From: Candidatus Multivoradales bacterium
Lineage (GTDB): Bacteria > Acidobacteriota > Thermoanaerobaculia > Multivoradales > J023
Reading direction: 5' to 3'
DNA length: 64,000 nt
NCBI GenBank assembly: GCA_965248925.1
Contig: CBDFLE010000004.1
Coordinates: forward strand, 220,748 to 284,747
Position numbers and translations under genes: made by a program. The first letter of the stretch is position 1; each line of letters opens with the position of its first letter. Below, one piece after another: positions 59,001-64,000 of the stretch. The notes under the pieces are model-generated. The model saw only the letters and a list, made by a program, of their open reading frames with translations. It had not been told where the DNA came from and did no database searches.

Positions 59001-62000
59001 TGACCTTCCGGCTGGAGATCGCCGGCGCGCAGCCACTGAAGCCGCTGGAAGTGACGATGGCGGCGCCGGCTGGCACCGCACCAGCTGGCACCGCAGCGGG
59101 CAGCCTCTGGCTGCTGCGCCGGCAGCTCGAGATTGCCGATTTACCGTGGATGGTCCACGCCGAGCTGGCTCTCGATGGCGGTGAGCTGAGCACGATCCAC
59201 ACCGTGGGCGAAGCCCAATCCGCCAACTCCGGCGAGGTGGGTGGCACCAAGTCAGGCACGTTTGACGTGCCGGCCCCTCTGCGGGTACTGAGCCCGGCAG
59301 AAGCCGCCGCGCGGCTGCCGCGCTCGGGCTTCTTGAGCGCTCTGCCGCCTGCTGACCCAGCGGCTCTGGTCGAGGTCGAGCCGCCCCTGGCCGGCTTGGG
59401 ACCGGCCAAGGCGACCGTTGTCCCCGTCCTGGCGGACTACCTGGTCGGCGTCTCCCGCCCCGGCATCTACCAGGCAGCGAGGGCCGAGGTCGAGCTGGGT
59501 TGGATCGCCTTCCCCTTCCGTGGCGCCCAAGATCTGGTGGTGCGCACCGCCGAGTTACCCGAGGTGGTGCTGGCGCTCGATGCCGTCAACCGCTCCTTCC
59601 TGCCGCTAGGCGCCGGTGCCTTGCCGGTTGAACTCAGCCCGACGCCATTGAACGCCGATCCAGCCGCGCCGGGGACCAAGGCGCCGCCAGCGGGCGAGCC
59701 CAAGGCCGACTCGGTGGAGATCCAGGTGCTCGATTTCGCCGGTGTCGAGCTTTACCGGCTGGTGGTCGACGCCCCGACCCAGCAGCTGGTGCTGCTGACC
59801 CCCAGCCAGCTACCCAACGCCGGGCCGCCCATGCCGGTGGGTGGTGGGCCGCTGCGCTTCCATGCATTCGACGTCGCTGAAGGCACCGCTGAGATCGCCG
59901 CCGGCATCAGCGCCGAGCTGGAGGGTAACTCGCTCACCGTGCGCGGCGAGGCCGGCAGTGCCGGAGCTGGAGTGGCGGTGCGTTTGATCGATCTAGAAAG
60001 CTCGAACGTGCTCAGCGCTACGGCTTCTCCAGGCGGTAGCTTCAGCGTCGTCGCCAGTCCGTCGCAGCTCGGCGATCAGCTGGTGCTGGCGATCTCGGCC
60101 AAGCTCACTCCCGGCCAGCCGCTGCGCCTCGACTTCTCAGAAGCCTTGCAAGAAGAGGCGCCAGGTATCCGGGTCGAGCACGACGGGATGGCGCTGCCGA
60201 TCACCAAAGAGCCTCTGGGCAGCTGGGCACAGCTGCGGATCCATGGCGGCTGGCAGGCTGGCAAGACCTACAACTTGCGCCTGGACTCCACCATGGCCGA
60301 CGCCGCCGGCTTGCCTTGGGATACTGACCTGACTCTGCCTTTCGAAGTCGCCGAATCGAGCGCCGGCACTAGCTTCGCGCTCGACGCGGCGCACGACATC
60401 GCGCGCCTCGGCTCGTTGCTCTTCGTGGCCGCCGGCGCCGATGGCCTGGCGGTGCTCGACGCCAGCGACCCGCGCCAGCTGAAGAACTGGCTGGCGGCTG
60501 AGACCTACGTCGATCTGGTCTCGGAGCCAGGTCTACCGGTGCGCGGGGTGGCGACCGACAGCCATGGCCGGGTGGTGGCAGTAGGGGGTGGCGTCGCCCG
60601 CCGGGGGGTGCTGCTGATCCTCGATCCGCAAGAGCTGCCCCAGGGTGCCGCGACGGTGCCCGCGGCGGCGATTCTCGGCCGCACCCTCCTCACCGAGCCC
60701 CAGCTGGCTGGCTCGGGTGCCCCGCCGCTGCTCATCGGTCGGCCGCTGGAGGTCGAAATCTTCAACCGCGACCAGAGCACGACTTGGACGCTGGGGGAGG
60801 CGGTGCCGCCGGGCCTCACCCTGGCCCCGCCCAGTCCACCGAGCGGCACGGCGGCCGTCTCGCTCACGGTCAGCGGCATGGCGACGGCGGAGCGTCCGGT
60901 GACCTTGCGCAATCTCACCACCGGCGAGCGCGACAGCGCTCGCGTCGGCAGTGCTGGTGGCGGCGGTGCTGGCAGTTTCTCCCTGAGTCTCAGCGTGCAG
61001 CGCGGCGACCGCCTGGAGCTACTGCGCAACGAGCTGTCCCTGGCCTACGTGGCAGGTTACGACGCCGGGGTGGTGACGGTGGATCTGAACGCCGTCGAAG
61101 CGGCCGATGAGGAAGTCGACGATCCCTGGGATGCTTTCGATCTGCTGCGCTACAACACCCATTATTTTGTACCGACCGAGGTGCTGTGCTCGACGTTTGA
61201 GAACGACCAGCGCTTCGACGTGATCGAGGCGCGGGTGCTGCCGGCGGCGTCGGAGGGCGAGCCTTGGAGCGTGCTGGCTCTGGTTGAGAACTATGGCTTG
61301 CTGTCGCTGGGTGCCTCGGTCGCTGCGCCGCTGGACAAGCTGGCCTACCGCGACGCTCTGTGCGGCGAGGTCGATGACAACCGCAAGCTGGGCGGTCTCG
61401 ACGTGCTGCCCGGCTACCGTTTCGACCGTAACGGCGACGGTGTGCTGGACGACGATGAGCCCGAGCGTGACTACGCGCTGCTCACCAACACCGTCGGTGG
61501 CGGCGGTCGTGGCTGGCTGCTGATTGTCGATGTCACCGAGCGCGATGAGCTTCGCCGGGTGGGCCGCATCGAGCTGCCCGGCCCGGCGACGCGGGTGACT
61601 GCTGATCCGGTCGGCCGCCGCGCCCTGGTCTCAGGCCTCGGTGGCGGGGTCTACATCGTCGACCTCGACCGCTGGCCCGAGCTGGGTGGCGGCGGCGGAA
61701 CCCCTCAGATCTGGTCGAGCGATCGGGTGGTCGAGCGCTTGAGCTTTGGCGAGGACGTGCGCGCCCCCACCTTGGTGGCGCCGGAGCTGGGCCTGGCCTT
61801 CGCCGGTGGCGTTGCCCGCGGCGTGACCCCCATCAGCACCGGCCTGCCGCGCCTGTCGCTGGTGACCAGCGGCCAGCAGGGACTGCGTCGGGTCGCCCGG
61901 CTGGCGCCATTTGGCGCGCCTACCGCGCCGGAGAGTGCCGAGGAGGGAGCGGAAGAAATACCCGGCGTGATCCGCGTGCAGGCGCAGCTTCCTGGTGGCC

Positions 62001-64000
62001 TGGCCGATGCCGAGGGCAAGATCCGTGTCGACCTCGCGGGCATCGGCCCCGCCGGTTTGCCGGTGCGCGGCCTCGGCGAGGGGCTGATGGACGAGCCCAT
62101 GGCCGAGCTGAAAGACGATAAGGCGCTGGTGCTACAACGGCAGTCGGACAACCCCCTGTCAGAGGGCTACAACGTCTTCCTCTCCGACCCGGTGGTGCTG
62201 CTGGCTGACGTGCGCGCCTCGGCGCATTTCGAGCGCTCGGAGGCTGAGAAGAAGGTCTGCCGCCGCTGCGACCTGGTGGACGAGGGGGTCTACTCCGCGG
62301 CCGATCTACCTCCCAACGAGCTGCATGTCGAGCTGCTGTCGGGTCACCAGGTCCGCGCCAGCTACAGCGCCAGCTTCGCCACCAGCCTCAGCGGGCTTTA
62401 CAACGCCGATCTGCTAGCGGGCTACGCCGTCATCGCCGACAGTGTGCCCTGGGATCTCAGCCCCTCGCCGCACCAGGAGCCGGTGCTCAATGCCGCCACT
62501 AGCGCGATGGCGGCGCCGGGCACCCTCCTGCACTCAGGAGAGATGACCCGCCAGGCGATCGACTTAAGCCTCCAAGGCCGGGGATTGGACCTCGCCTTGG
62601 TGCGCACCTACCGCAGCCAGACAAATCAGCAACGGCCCCCTCGGCCCGGGCTGGGATCATGGCTACCGCCTGCGCCTGCGGCTCTTGCCCAATGGCGATA
62701 TCGACTTCTTCGACGGCACTGGCCGCCGCGAGACCTTCACCTTGGAAGACGACCGCGAGCTGAAGCCGCCCGTCGGCCGCTTCGTCCAGCTCAAGAAGTA
62801 CGCCGAGGGCTACACCCTGATCGGCAGCGGCTACCAGCGCTGGCGTTTCGACCGCTGGGGTCGTTTAGTGTCGATGATCGACTCGGTGCGCACCAGCGAA
62901 GGGACCGGCAACGAGATCACCTTCCACTACGACTCCCACTCGCGCCTGGCGCGAATCCACGACGACCTCGACCGCAACACCTTCCTGCACTACGACGACG
63001 AAGGCCGCCTGGAGAAGATCGTCGACTTCAGTGATCGCGACTTCCTCTACCACTACGACGCCCAGGGAAGATTGACCAGTTTCGAGACCCCAGACGTCGA
63101 CCTCGGCAGCGGCAGCAGCCAGCGCCTGTCGACCACCTACGCCTACCACATCCCCTTGGCACGGGCCTGGCCGGGCAGCTCACCCAGCGCGATGATCTGA
63201 AAAGCGAGACCGACGCCAAGAGCCAGACCTGGCTCACCCTGCGGTATCAGGACTCCGACGGCAACGGCCGCCCCGATGCGCTCAAAGAACAAGACTGGGG
63301 AGCGGGGACAGTGCATTTGGCCTTCGATTTCGACGGCCAGCAGACCACCCTCACCGATCGCCGAGGCAAAGTCTGGACCTACCATCACAACGCTGCTGGG
63401 CAGGCCACCAGCCTGGTCGATCCGAAGTCAGCCAACGGGTCGTGGCAATACGACGGCGAGGGTCTACTGACCCGCGCCACCCGCCCCCTGGGTGGGGCTA
63501 CCGAGATCGAGTATCCGGCGGACACCTCCGGCGACCGCCGCGGCAGAGGCGATGCTCTGCGGATGGTTAAGATCGCCGACAGCCGCGGCCCCAACGGCTC
63601 GCCCAGCGAGCTGGTGACCACCTGGGAATACCACTCGCCGACCCACCAGCCCAGCCGAAAGACCGAGCCCGGTGGCGCGGTGACGGTGTGGGTACGGACG
63701 GACAATGGCCTGCCCCAGCAAATCGTGCGGGCGGCTGGCGCGGCGGAGCAGAGCATCACCGGATTGACCTACAACGCCCGCGGCCAGCTGCTGGAAGCCA
63801 CTAATCCCAACGGTCACGTCACCCGCCACAGCTATTTCGCCTCTGGCGGGCAGAAAGGCTATCTGCAGCAAACAGAAGTCGACCCTGGCGGTCTCAGTCT
63901 GGTCACCACCTACGAGCGCAATGATCGCGGCCAGCTGGAGGCGATCACCGATCCGCGGGGTGTGCGCCATGAGACCGAGCTGAACAATCTGGATTGGCCG
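53066..64000 (+). CDS. Giant Rhs toxin C (paralogue of A), incomplete at the window edge, with apparent frameshifts at ~62623 and ~63148
   Basis: Near-identical to Rhs A; +A (ACAAATC vs ACAATC) and +CA (TACCACATCC vs TACCATCC), either sequencing errors or real lesions. Confidence 0.85.

Larger units (their letters stand above)
50094..64000 (+). repeat. Module C, near-identical direct copy of 1-14111
   Basis: Collinear high identity except the TPR/peptide block, the PCD2 deletion and small patches. Confidence 0.92.

Overview
GC-rich bacterial polymorphic-toxin island. The Acidobacteriota-like origin is an inference from gene content and is not shown by the sequence. It is built from a repeated module: [TGTCCCGTCC-N5-GTCC end motif] - DDE/rve integrase(-) - 155-aa hypothetical(-) - one or two PCD/DCoH-like genes(-) - HTH-TPR regulator(+) - tiny convergent peptide gene(-) - giant signal-peptide Ig-rich Rhs toxin(+) - immunity gene(+). 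Module A (<1-18778) and module C (48849->64000) are near-identical. Module B (18813-32380) carries an IS4 insertion and a 5'-truncated Rhs. Module D (44667-48760) is internally collapsed. Between B and D lie an XRE-SymE-SymE-primase/ATPase-tyrosine recombinase-TA element flanked by a ~2.4 kb Rhs duplication, an orphan Rhs-CT/immunity pair and a truncated IS3. Four different toxin tips with immunity genes are present. Main new observations: (1) three unannotated 19-20 aa peptides ending YGxxIxPxG, each overlapping the stop codon of its own HTH-TPR gene and co-varying with the TPR half, which suggests an RRNPP-like peptide/receptor switch upstream of Rhs toxins; (2) a sharp one-sided end motif closing every toxin-immunity cassette; (3) a possibly self-replicating toxin-tip exchange element.
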